Source: Callorhinchus milii (lineage: Eukaryota). From it: a stretch of DNA of 32,799 bases. Each line of letters opens with the position of its first letter. Within the stretch, counting starts at the first letter, position 1. Of the stretch, positions 1-12,096 are shown one piece after another. Under the pieces are notes generated by a model. It was not told the DNA's origin and did no database searches. It was given only the letters and a program-made list of their open reading frames with translations. Made by a program: the position numbers and the translations under genes. The stretch lies in NCBI RefSeq assembly GCF_018977255.1, contig NW_024705590.1, positions 1-32,799 of the forward strand, read 5' to 3'.

Positions 1-2220
1 ATCACTCACCCATTTACCCACTCACTCACCCACTCACTCATTCATTCACTCACTCATTTTCTCACTCATTCACACATCCACTCACCCACATAATCACTCA
101 CCTACTCACACACTCACTCATCCATTCACTCACTCAACCACTCACTCACTCATCTATTAACCCAACCACCTGCTCACCCATTCATCTATTCACTCACCCA
201 CTCTCTCATCCACTCGCACACTCATTCATCCACTCACCCTCCCACCCACTCACCCAATCACCCATTCACCAACTCACCCACTCGGTCACTCACCTACTCA
301 CCAAACAACTCACCCACACACCAACTCAACCAACCACTCACTTAACCGCTCATCCATCCACTCATCCACCCATTCACCCACCGACCCACTCATCCATTCA
401 CCCACCCACTCACCCATTGACCTATTCACTCACTCACCCACTCAATCACGTATCTACTCACCAACCCACTCACACACACACCCACTCAACCACTCACTAA
501 CTCCATCACTCATTCACCGATCCACTCACCCACACACCTATGAATCCACCTTCTCAATCACCCACTCACCCACTCACTACTCACTTCACCACCCACTCAC
601 CACTCACCTACTCACCCACCCTTCACCCCACCCACTCACCCCCACCAATTCACCCATCCATCACTCACCCACTCACCCACCACTCACTCACCCACCCACT
701 CACTCACCCACTCACCCACCACCACCCACCCACTCACTCACCCACTCACTCACCCACTCACCATCACTCACCCACTACTCACTACTCACCCCCTCACTCA
801 CCCACCTCACTCACCACTCACTCACTCACCCACTCACTCACCCACTCACTCACTCACCCACTCACCCACCCACTCACCTACTCACCCACTCACCCACTCA
901 CTCATCCGCTCATCATCCACTCACCAACCCACTCACCCACTCACCATTCACCCATCATAACTCACCCACTCAGCCACTCACCACTCACCCACCACTCACA
1001 CCCACTACTCACCCACTCACCATCACCCACCCACCCACTCACTCCACCCACTCACCATCACCACCCACCCACCCACCCACCCACACACCCACTCACCCAC
1101 ACAACCCATCCACCCACCCACCACCCACTCACCCACCCACCCACCCACTCACCCACTCACCCCACCCACTCACTCACCCACTCACTCACCCATCACTCAC
1201 TCACCCACTCACTCACTCACCACTCCACTCACCCACTACACTCACCACCACTCACCCATTCACCCGCCGACTCACTCACTCAACCACTCACTCACTCATC
1301 CATTGACCCAAACACCTGCTAACCCATTCACCCATTCAGTCACACCCTCTCTCATCCACTCACTGAATCATTCATCCACTCACCGTCCCACCCAATCACC
1401 CATTCACTGACTCACCCACTCACTCATGCACTCACCATCACCTGACCCACCCACCCACTCACCCATTGACCTATTCTCACTCACCCACTCAGACACGCAC
1501 CCTCCCCCCACTCTCCACCCATCCACTCACTCACTCACTCACCCACTCACTCACTCACTACCACCACTCACTCACTCACCCACTCACCCACTCACTCACT
1601 CACACCACTCACCCACTCACTCACCCACTCACTCACCCACTCACCCACTCACCCACCATCACCTACTCACCCACCCACTCACCCACTCACCATTCACCAT
1701 TCATCACTCACCCACTCACCTACCATTCACTCACCCACTCATTACCCACTCACCTTCACACATCCACCACTCACTGACTCACCCACTCACTCACTACTCA
1801 CCCCCCTTCACTCACTCATTCACCATCACTCACTCATCCACTCACCCACTCACTCACCCACCCATTCACTCACTCACCCACCCATTCACTCACTCACCCA
1901 CTCATTCACTCATCCACTCACCCACCAATTCACTCACTCACCCACTCACCCACCCATTGACCTACTCACCGACCACTCACTCATCTGCTGTCTCACTCAT
2001 CCACTCACCCACCCACTCACCCACTCATCCATTCACACACCCACACACTCACCCAACCACCTACACACTCACTCACACATCACTCATTCACCTGCCCGCT
2101 CACTCACCCACTCACTCACTTACTCACTCACTCACCCACTCAATCACTCACCCACTCACTCACTCACCCACTCACACTCACTCACCTACTCACCCCCACC
2201 CACTCACTCACCCGCTCACA
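1..2220. repeat. Degenerate tetranucleotide microsatellite (CACT/CACC/CATC/CATT)n
   Basis: Direct reading: 4-nt periodicity with G almost absent on the + strand. Confidence 0.97.
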
Positions 2221-2885
2221 CTTAATTAAATGAACACAGTTGTATCAATGATATTCTATCTGCGTCTAAACATCTTACTGCTATTGTTAGTGTGGGAGTC
2301 AAGTTCCGTGTTTATTTGGTTAGTCTAGCTGTATCATCAAACTCATTGACACATTGAGACCCATAGAGCTACATAGAGACCATAAAGACTGATAGAGATA
2401 CATGCACGTCGATAGATATACATAGACACGTGAGGTAGATAGATACTCTTAGAGATGAATTGATTTACATAGCGACCCATAGAGATGCATAGAGACCAAT
2501 TGAGATACAGAGACCCATAGATATACAGAGAGATAATCAAGACCATTAGAGATACACAGAGACCCCAGTAAAATGCACAGATATACACAGATATCCACAG
2601 AGATAGACAGAGATGTATAGAGACCCATAGACATACACAGAGATAGAGATGTAGTGACATCGCGGGATGTCACTGTGCAGTGGCGGCCCTAGAGTGGCAC
2701 GACGTGCAGTGTAACGACACCGCGGACACCACAATGGGGTGGGTGTAGTACCGGTCCTAGAGCGGCCCGGTGAGAGCTGATTGATAGCACTGGATGGCAC
2801 CATGCTTGTTGTGCAGTGCCAGCCCTACAGGACAGGGTGTGAGAGTGCCGGCCGAAGGATGAGGTTACTAAAGGCCTCTGGTTGA
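2221..2885. repeat. Module A copy 1: AT-rich block (2221-2355), GAGACCCATA/ACAGAGAT minisatellite (2356-2649), 5' part of LTR-like element (2650-2885)
   Basis: Near-identical copies at 10164-10829 and 25559-26224. The first ~570 bp is a diverged paralogue of 3062-3679. Confidence 0.9.
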
Positions 2886-3061
2886 CCCACTCACCCATTC
2901 ACACATCCACTCACTCACTCACTCACGCACTCACTCACCCACTTATCCATTCACACACCCACTCACTCACCCACTCACCCACAAACTCACCCACTCACTC
3001 ACCCACTCATCCATCACCACCCACACACTCACCCACTCACTCACTCACCCGCCCGCTCACA
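2886..3061. repeat. Short (CACT/CACC)n spacer between modules A and B (also ~10830-11007, ~26225-26395)
   Basis: Direct reading. It ends in CCCGCTCACACTT, the same word that precedes module A. Confidence 0.9.
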
Positions 3062-3537
3062 CTTTATTGAATGAACACAGCTGTACAAATTATATTCTAT
3101 CTGCGTCTAAACATCCCACTGCAATTGTTAGTGTGGGAGTCAAGTTCCGTGTTTATTTAGTTAGTCTAGCTGTATCATCAAACTCATTGACACATTGAGA
3201 CCCATAGAGCCACATAGAGATTATAAAGACTGATAGAGATACATCTACGTCGAGAGATATACATAGATACATAAAGGTAGATATATACTCTTAGAGATGA
3301 TAGATTTACATAGCGACCCATAGAGATGCATAGCGACCCATAGAGATGCATAGATACCTATTGAGATAGAGAACCATAGATATACAGAGAGATAACCAAA
3401 GACCATTAGAGAAACACAAAGATATACAGAGACCCATAAAGACACAGATAGACCCAGTTAATGCACAGAGATATACAGATATTTACAGAGATAGACAGAA
3501 ATGCATAAAGACCCATAGACATACACTGTAATACAGA
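3062..3537. repeat. Module B 5' part: AT-rich block plus purine-rich minisatellite (copies ~11008-11464, ~26396-26760 degraded)
   Basis: Paralogous to 2221-2649. Repeated GAGACCCATAGAGAT and ATACACAGAGAT words. Copy 1 carries an extra 20-bp duplication CATAGCGACCCATAGAGATG at 3309-3348. Confidence 0.88.
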
Positions 3538-4155
3538 TGTAGTGACATCGCAGGATGTCACTGTGCAGTGCCGGCCCTAGAGAGACACGGCGTGCAGTGT
3601 AACAACACCGCGGACACCAGAATGGTGTGGGTGTAGTACCGGTCCTATAACGACCCGGTGAGCATTGATTGATAGCACTAGATGTAGGGCTGGCATTGCC
3701 AGCCCGACATCTAAAGGCCATGGCACTCTGGTAGACCCGAGAGGACACGGGACCAGTTAATTCTCCAAAGGGGCCCAAGTGGGGCTATGGGTGGTCACAT
3801 GGTTAGCATCTAAATCCTGTTCGAGGATTCTGGAAGGTGGTCGTGGCTAAGGGCGGAGCCAGCCACGCCACAAAGATTATAAGCTGAGTTCCCAGAGGGA
3901 CCGGCATTGTTGTTCGTCCTGAAGAAACCTTCATCTATGTCTACGTTCTCCGCTCAACGAGTCTCCAACACGTGGACCTGGACCCGAGCTGTGGTCCCGG
4001 TCCTTAGTAGCTCATTACTTTATAATTAGTGTAGTTAGCCTGGTGGTCACCACCATAGGTTGTTATTCTGTTAAGGGGATGTTACCCCGTGTGTTGGAGT
4101 TAAATGAATGTGTTGCCTCCAAGTATACGTATTCCACTCAGTCAGACTCACTACC
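3538..4155 (+). mobile_element. Putative solo LTR (~620 bp), family unassigned
   Basis: Starts TGTAGTGA and ends TCACTACC, a 7/8 match to the expected inverted end TCACTACA. Internal GC box GGGCGG (3851) and TATAAG (3878). Minisatellite-like sequence lies on both sides. No canonical AATAAA and only an imperfect possible TSD (CAGA/CATA). Confidence 0.5.
3851..3883 (+). promoter_or_regulatory. GC box plus TATA-like box within the LTR-like element
   Basis: GGGCGGAGCC at 3851 and TATAAG at 3878, an arrangement typical of an LTR U3 promoter. Motif match only. Confidence 0.3.
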
Positions 4156-4169
4156 CATATATACACAGA

Positions 4170-4198
4170 ATAGCGGTAAGGACCCGGCGTTGCCCGGG
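4170..4198 (-). mobile_element. Helitron-like 3' terminus (GC hairpin plus degenerate CTAG)
   Basis: The minus strand reads CCCGG-GCAACG-CCGGG-TCCTTACCG-CTAT|T. This is a subterminal GC hairpin 9 nt before a CTAG-like end followed by T, resembling animal Helitron ends of the CCCGGGCAACGCCGGG..GCTAG|T type. The end is CTAT rather than CTRR. Confidence 0.55.
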
Positions 4199-4209
4199 CG
4201 AAAAAGGCA

Positions 4210-4265
4210 GACACACACATGCAGTTACACACACAAATCGACTGACACATACATACATACATAGA
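4210..4265. repeat. (CA)n/(CATA)n short microsatellite: LINE 3' tail or Helitron internal repeat
   Basis: ACACACACATGC..ACACACAC..CATACATACATACATA lies between the LINE end and the Helitron-like end in all three copies. Confidence 0.6.
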
Positions 4266-4269
4266 CTGA

Positions 4270-4939
4270 ACAAGAAAACCAGCATTCGCCAGTAAGTGGC
4301 GGTGACATCACCACAACGCTTGTGCCAGGCTATGTGCACCTTGAGGCCACGTGAAGTGTCGAACGTCCACTGCCAGGAGGTCATGGGGCAGACCCAGATG
4401 GCACAGGTCGACTGACTGAGATGACTGGCTGATGCACCACCTGTCCCCCTACTGTGGCAACTTGCTGTGCTTTAGCCACCCAGCGCTTCGCTCTTGTTGT
4501 GAGTGTCGCTCCTCCGCCCTCCATTGCTGTTGAAGGGCGACTGCCTCCAACTGCCCAGTAGTGTCCTTCAGGAGCCTCCTCCACAGAGGCCGATCTTGAC
4601 ACGGCTGTTACCAGTCATCGGCAAGTCGACTCAGCTCCACGTCCTCCTGTACCACATCACTCCATGTCTTCTCTAGCCCGTGCTGCGCCCGTTTAGCCCC
4701 CTCGATCCGGCCGAACAAAAGCTGTTTAGGCATGTGGTGGCTGGCCATGCGGCCTCATGACTCAGGCAACACAGCCTTGCCTGCCGGAGGAGCTCACCGA
4801 TGGGACTTTTGCACATCTTTCAAGGATTTGTGAGCTCCTCACACAATGCAGCCTGGTTAAAGCCAGGATGGATCGTAGGCAGGCCATCCTAAATGTTTCT
4901 AACCGGCAAAGATGTTCCATTAGGGAGTTCCACGCATTC
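4270..4939 (-). mobile_element. 5'-truncated, decayed RTE-clade LINE: C-terminal ORF fragment downstream of the RT core
   Basis: Minus-strand translation across frameshifts: AWN..EHLCRLETFRMACLRSIL..SSQILERC..IGELLRQARL...RMASHHMPKQLLFGRIEGAKR..KTWSDVVQEDV..W*QPCQDRPLWRRLL..CPMTSWQWTFDTSRGLKVHIAWH. This fits the RTE-type motifs LE.F...CLR.IL, R.PK.LL.G, W.D...D, DR..WR and a terminal C2H2 finger. Stop codon at 4608-4610. Confidence 0.85.
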
Positions 4940-7900
4940 ACTCATCCACTGACCCACTTACCCATTCACGCACCCACCCACTCTACCCATTCACTTATAC
5001 ACTCACCTACCTATCCACTCACTTAATCATCCACTTACTCACTCACTCTTCCACTCACCACCTATTCACTCACTCACCCACTGAGTCACTCAACCACTCA
5101 CCCACCCACTAACTCACCCACCCACCCACTCACCCAACCGCTCACTTAAATATTCATCCATCCACTCATTCGCTCATTCACCCACCCACTCATCCACACA
5201 CCCACCCACTCACCCACTCACTAACTCACTCATTCACTCACCAACACACACACTCACCTATTCACCCACCCACCCACTCACTCAATAATCCACTCACTCA
5301 CTCATGCACTTATGCACTCACTCATCCACTCACTCATCTACTCATTCACTCATCCACTCACCCACCCACTTACCCATTCACGCACCCACCCACTCAATCA
5401 TATACTCAAGAACTCACTTATCCACTTACTCAGCCACTTACTCACTCACTCACTCATCCACTCACCTATTCACTCACCCACTCACCCACTCACCTACTCA
5501 CCCATGCACTCACTCAATCACCCACTCACTCAACCACTCACTCACCTACTCATCCATTCACCCACCCACCAACCCACTCAATCATCCACTCACTCACTTA
5601 TCAACTCACTCACTCATCCACTCACTCACTCATCCACTCACTCACTCAATAATCCACTCACTCACTCATTCACTTATGCGCTCACTCACTCATCCACTCA
5701 CTCATCCACTCACTCAATTACCCATTCACGCACCCACTCACTTAAGCACCTATTCACTCACTTATCCACTCACTCAATCATCGACTTACTCGCTCACTCA
5801 CTCATCCACTCACTCACTCATCCATTCAATCACTCATCCATGCATTCACTCTTCCACTGATCCACTTACCCATTCACGCACCCACCTACTCAATCACCCA
5901 TTCACTAACACACTCATTAACTATCCACTAACTTAATCATCCACTTACTCACTCATCCACTCACCACCTATTCACTCACTCACCCACGCAGTCACTCAAC
6001 TACTCACCCTGCCACCCACTCACCCACTCACCCACCCACCCACCCACTCACCCACCCACCCCACCCACCCACCACCCACCCACCCACCCACTCACCCACC
6101 CACCCACCCACCCACTCACCCACCCACTCACCCAACCGCTCACTTAAACACTCATCCATCCACTCATTCATTCATTCACCCACCCACTCATCCACACACA
6201 CACCCACTCACCCACTCACTAACTCACTCATCCACTCACCAACACAGCCACTCACACACTCACCTATCCACCCACCCACTCACTCACCCAACCACTCACT
6301 CATCCACTCACTCACCCACTCATCCATTCACCGAACCACCCACCCACTCAATAAATCCACTCACTTATGCACTCACTCATCAACTCACTCACTCATCCAC
6401 TTACTCACTCATCCACTCATTCACTCATCCACTCACCCACCCACTTACGCATTCACGCACCCACCCACTCAATCATCCATTCACTCACTTATCCACTCAC
6501 ATACTCACCCACCCACTCACCCTCCCACCTACTCACCCACACACCCAACCACCCACTCACCCACTTACCCACCCACTCACTAACTCACTCATCCACTCAC
6601 CCACCCACTCACCCACCCACCCACTCACCCAACCGCTCACTTAAACACTCATCCATCCACTCATTCATTCATTCACCCACCCACTCATCCACACACACAC
6701 CCACTCACCCACTCACTAACTCACTCATCCACTCACCAACACAGCCACTCACACACTCACCTATCCACCCAACCACTCACTCACCCAACCACTCACTTAT
6801 CCACTCACTCACCCACTCATCTATTCACCGAACCACCCACCCACTCAATAAATCCACTCACTTATGCACTCACTCATCAACTCACTCACTCATCCACTTA
6901 CTCACTCATCCACTCATTCACTCATCCACTCACCCACCCACTTACGCATTCACGCACCCACCCACTCAATCATCCATTCACTCACTTATCCACTCACATA
7001 CTCACCCACCCACTCACCCTCCCACCTACTCACCCACACACCCAACCACCCACTCACTCACTTACCCACCCACTCACCCACTCACCCACTCACCTACTCA
7101 CCCACTCATTCACTCAACCCTTTAATCAACCACTCATTCACCCACTGATCAATTCACCCACCCACTCAATCATCCACTCACTCATCCATTCACCCATTCA
7201 CCTATTCACTCACTCATCCACTCAGTCACTCACCTACTCACCTACTCACCCACCCACTCACCCTTCCACCCACTCATCCACTCACCCACCCACCCACTCA
7301 CCCAACCACCCACCCACTCAATCATCTACTCAAGAACTCACTTATCCACTTACTCAGCCACTTACTCACTCACTCATCCACTCACCTATTCACTCACCGA
7401 CTCACCTACTCACCTACTCACCCATGCACTCACTCAATAACCCACTCACTCAACCACTCACTCACCTACTCATCCATTCACCCACCCACCAACCCACTCA
7501 ATCATCCACTCACTCACTTATCCACTCACTCACTCATCCACTCACTCACTCACTCATCCACTCACTCACTCATCCACTATTTCACTCATCCACTTACCCA
7601 CCCACTTACCCATTCATGCACCCACCCACTCAAGCTCCCACTCACTCACTCATCCACTCATCCACTCACCCATTCACCTATTCACTCACCCACTCAGTCA
7701 CTCACCTACTCACCCACCCACCCACTCACCCTTTCACCCACTCACCCACCCACCCACTCACCCATTCACCCAACACTCACCCAACCACTCACCCATTCAC
7801 CTATTCCCTCACCCACTCAGTCATTCACCTACTCACTCACCCACCCACGTACTCACCCACCCACTCACTCATTCACCCACCCTCCCAATCACTCACCCAT

Positions 7901-10163
7901 TTACCCACTCACTCACCCACTCACTCATTCATTCACTCACTCATTTTCTCACTCATTCACACATCCACTCACCCACATAATCACTCACCTACTCACACAC
8001 TCACTCATCCATTCACTCACTCAACCACTCACTCACTCATCTATTAACCCAACCACCTGCTCACCCATTCATCTATTCACTCACCCACTCTCTCATCCAC
8101 TCGCACACTCATTCATCCACTCACCCTCCCACCCACTCACCCAATCACCCATTCACCAACTCACCCACTCGGTCACTCACCTACTCACCAAACAACTCAC
8201 CCACACACCAACTCAACCAACCACTCACTTAACCGCTCATCCATCCACTCATCCACCCATTCACCCACCGACCCACTCATCCATTCACCCACCCACTCAC
8301 CCATTGACCTATTCACTCACTCACCCACTCAATCACGTATCTACTCACCAACCCACTCACACACACACCCACTCAACCACTCACTAACTCCATCACTCAT
8401 TCACCGATCCACTCACCCACACACCTATGAATCCACCTTCTCAATCACCCACTCACCCACTCACTAACTCAGTTACTCACCCACCCACTCACCTACTCAC
8501 CCACCCGTTTACCCACCCACTCACCCCCTCACCAATTCACCCATTCCATCACTCACCCACTCACCCACTCACTCACCCGCCCACTCACTCACCCACTCAC
8601 CCACACACATCCACCCACTCACTCACCCATTCACTCACCCACTCACCGATTCACACACCCACATACTCACTTACTCACCCGCCCGTTCACTCACTCATCC
8701 ACTCACTCACTCACTCACCCATTCACTCACCTACCTATTCACTCACTCACCCACTCACCCACCCACTCACCTACTCACCCACTCACTGACTCACTCATCC
8801 GCTCAATCATCCACTCACCAACCCACTCACCCACTCACCTATTCACCCATTCATAACTCACCCACTCAGTCACTCACCTACTCACCCACGCACTGACACA
8901 CCCACGTACTCACCCACTCACCCATTCACCCACCCACCCAATCACTCACCCATTCACCCATTCATCCATTCATCCATCCACCCAATCACCCACCCACCCA
9001 CTCACCCACCCACCCACCCAACCACTCACCCACCCACCCACCCACTCACCCTTTCACCCTCGAACCCACTCACTCACCCACTCACTCACCCAATCACTCA
9101 CTCATCCACTCACTCATTCACACGTCCACTCACCCACTAAATCACTCACCTACTCACCCACTCACTCACACACTCACTCACTCAACCACTCACTCACTCA
9201 TCCATTGACCCAAACACCTGCTAACCCATTCACCCATTCAGTCACACACTCTCTCATCCACTCACTGAATCATTCATCCACTCACCGTCCCCCAAACACC
9301 CATTCACTGACTCACCCACTCACTCATGCACTCACTCATCAACTGACCCACCCACCCACTCACCCATTGACCTATTCATTCACTCACCCACTCAGACACG
9401 CACCTTCTTCCAACCCACTCTCTCACCAATCCACTCACTCACTCACTCACCCACTCACTCACTCACTTATTCACCCACTCACCGATCCACTCACCCACAC
9501 ACCCATGAATCGACCTTCTCATTCACACACTCACCCACTCACTCACCCACTTATTCACCCACTCACCCACTCACCCACCCACTCACCTACTCACCCACCC
9601 ACTCACCCACTCACCAATTCACCCATTCCATCACTCACCCACTCACCTAACCATTCACTCACCCACTCATTTATCCACTAACCCATTCACACATCCACAC
9701 ACTCACTGACTCACCCACTCACTCACTTACTCACCCGCCCGTTCACTCACTCATTCACTCACTCACTCACTCATCCACTCACCCACTCACTCACCCACCC
9801 ATTCACTCACTCACCCACCCATTCACTCACTGACCCACTCATTCACTCATCCACTCACCCACCAATTCACTCACTCACCCACTCACCCACCCATTCACCT
9901 ACTCACCGACCCACTCACTCATCTGCTGTCTCACTCATCCACTCACCCACCCACTCACCCACTCATCCATTCACACACCCACACACTCACCCAACCACCT
10001 ACACACTCACTCACACAATCACTCATTCACCTGCCCGCTCACTCACCCATTCACTCACTCATCCACTCACTCACCCACTCAATCACCCACCCATTCACTC
10101 ACTCACCCACTCATCCACTCACTCACCTACTCACCCACCCACCCACTCACTCACCCGCTCACA
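4940..10163. repeat. Degenerate (CACT/CACC/CATC)n microsatellite with nested higher-order duplications
   Basis: 4-nt periodicity. Internal 497-bp tandem duplication (identical ORF starts at 6367 and 6864). Confidence 0.97.
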
Positions 10164-10829
10164 CTTAAATAAATGAACACAGTTGTATCAATGATATTCT
10201 ATCTGCGTCTAAACATCTTACTGCTATTGTTAGTGTGGGAGTCAAGTTCCGTGTTTATTTGGTTAGTCTAGCTGTATCATCAAACTCATTGACACATTGA
10301 GACCCATAGAGCTACATAGAGACCATAAAGACTGATAGAGATACATGCACGTCGATAGATATACATAGACACGTGAAGGTAGATAGATACTCTTAGAGAT
10401 GAATTGATTTACATAGCGACCCATAGAGATGCATAGAGACCTATTGAGATACAGAGACCCATAGATATACAGAGAGATAATCAAAGACCATTAGAGATAC
10501 ACAGAGACCCAGTAAAATGCACAGATATACACAGATATCCACAGAGATAGACAGAGATGTATAGAGACCCATAGACATACACAGAGATAGAGATGTAGTG
10601 ACATCGCGGGATGTCACTGTGCAGTGGCGGCCCTAGAGTGGCACGACGTGCAGTGTAACGACACCGCGGACACCACAATGGGGTGGGTGTAGTACCGGTC
10701 CTAGAGCGGCCCGGTGAGAGCTGATTGATAGCACTGGATGGCACCATGCTTGTTGTGCAGTGCCAGCCCTACAGGACAGGGTGTGAGAGTGCCGGCCGAA
10801 GGATGAGGTTACTAAAGGCCTCTGGTTGA
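10164..10829. repeat. Module A copy 2
   Basis: Near-identical to 2221-2885; TGTAGTGACATC at 10594. Confidence 0.9.
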
Positions 10830-11464
10830 CCCACTCACCCATTCACACATCCACTCACTAACTCACTCACGCACTCACTCACCCACTTATCCATTCACAC
10901 ACCCACTCACTCACCCACTCACCCACTAACTCACCCACTCACTCACCCACTCATCCATTCACACACCCACACACTCACCCACTCACTCACTCACCCGCCC
11001 GCTCACACTTTATTGAATGAACACAGCTGTACAAATGATATACTATCTGCGTCTAAACATCCCACTGCTATTGTTAGTGTGGGAGTCAAGTTCTGTGTTT
11101 ATTTAGTTAGTCTAGCTGTATCATCAAACTCATTGACACATTGAGACCCATAGAGCTACATAGAGATTATAAAGACTGATAGAGATACATGCACGTCGAG
11201 AGATATACATAGATACGTAAAGGTAGATATATACTCTTAGAGATGAATAGATTTACATAGCGACCCATAGAGATGCATAGAGACCTATTGAGATAGAGAC
11301 CCATAGATATACAGAGAGATAACCAAAGACCATTAGAGATACACAAAGATATACAGAGACCCATAGAGACACAGAGAGACCCAGTTAATGCACAGAGATA
11401 TACAGATATTTACAGAGATAGACAGAAATGCATAAATACCCATAGACATACACTGTAATACAGA

Positions 11465-12082
11465 TGTAGTGACATCGCGGGATGTCACTGTGCAGTGCCG
11501 GCCCTAGAGAGACACGGCGTGCAGTGTAACAACACCGCGGACACCAGAATGGTGTGGGTGTAGTACCGGTCCTATAACGACCCGGTGAGCATTGATTGAT
11601 AGCACTAGATGTAGGGCTGGCATTGCCAGCCCGACATCTAAAGGCCATGGCACTCTGGTAGACCCGAGAGGACACGGACCAGTTAAGTCTCCAAAGGGGC
11701 CCAAGTGGGGGCTATGGGTTGTCACATGGTTAGCATCTAAATCCTGTTCGAGGATTCTGGAAGGTGGTCGTGGCTAAGGGCGGAGCCAGCCACGCCACAA
11801 AGATTATAAGCTGAGTTCCCAGAGGGACCGGCATTGTTGTTCGTCCTGAAGAAACCTTCATCTATGTCTACGTTCTCCGCTCAACGAGTCTCCAACACGT
11901 GGACCTGGACCCGAGCTGTGGTCCCGGTCCTTAGTAGCTCATTACTTTATAATTAGTGTAGTTAGCCTGGTGGTCACCACCATAGGTTGTTATTCTGTTA
12001 AGGGGATGTTACCCGGTGTGTTGGAGTTAAATGAATGTGTTGCCTCCAAGTATACGTATTCCACTCAGTCAAACTCACTACC
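11465..12082 (+). mobile_element. Putative solo LTR, copy 2
   Basis: Near-identical to 3538-4155. Confidence 0.5.
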
Positions 12083-12096
12083 CATATATACACAGA

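Larger units (their letters stand above)
1..7887. repeat. ~7.9 kb macrosatellite unit, copy 1 (phase set arbitrarily at window start)
   Basis: The opening sequence ATCACTCACCCATT(T/C)ACCCACTC...CATTTTCTCACTCATTCAC recurs at 7888, 15873 and 30806. Module A starts at 2221, 10164 and 25559. Near-identical spurious ORFs recur (2689/10633/26028; 4043/11970/27115). Confidence 0.95.

Noticed and set aside
1..2220. C-rich strand as telomeric repeat
   Set aside because: The period is 4 nt and heterogeneous, with no CCCTAA, CCTAA or CCCTAAA arrays.
2356..2649. Recurring GAGACCCATAGA words as a CRISPR-like array
   Set aside because: The repeats are short and irregularly spaced, the intervening sequence is the same low-complexity motif, and there are no cas genes.
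2343..2803. Hydrophobic minus-strand ORFs (SLCISMG/VSVYL repeats) and their copies
   Set aside because: They are translations of the GAGACCCATA/ACAGAGAT minisatellite.
3813..3829. GTTCGA loop as a tRNA T-arm or Pol III B-box
   Set aside because: No cloverleaf or convincing A-box, and the context does not fit GGTTCGANNCC.
3918..3965. CTGAAGA as a hammerhead ribozyme core
   Set aside because: No stem II followed by GAAA downstream.
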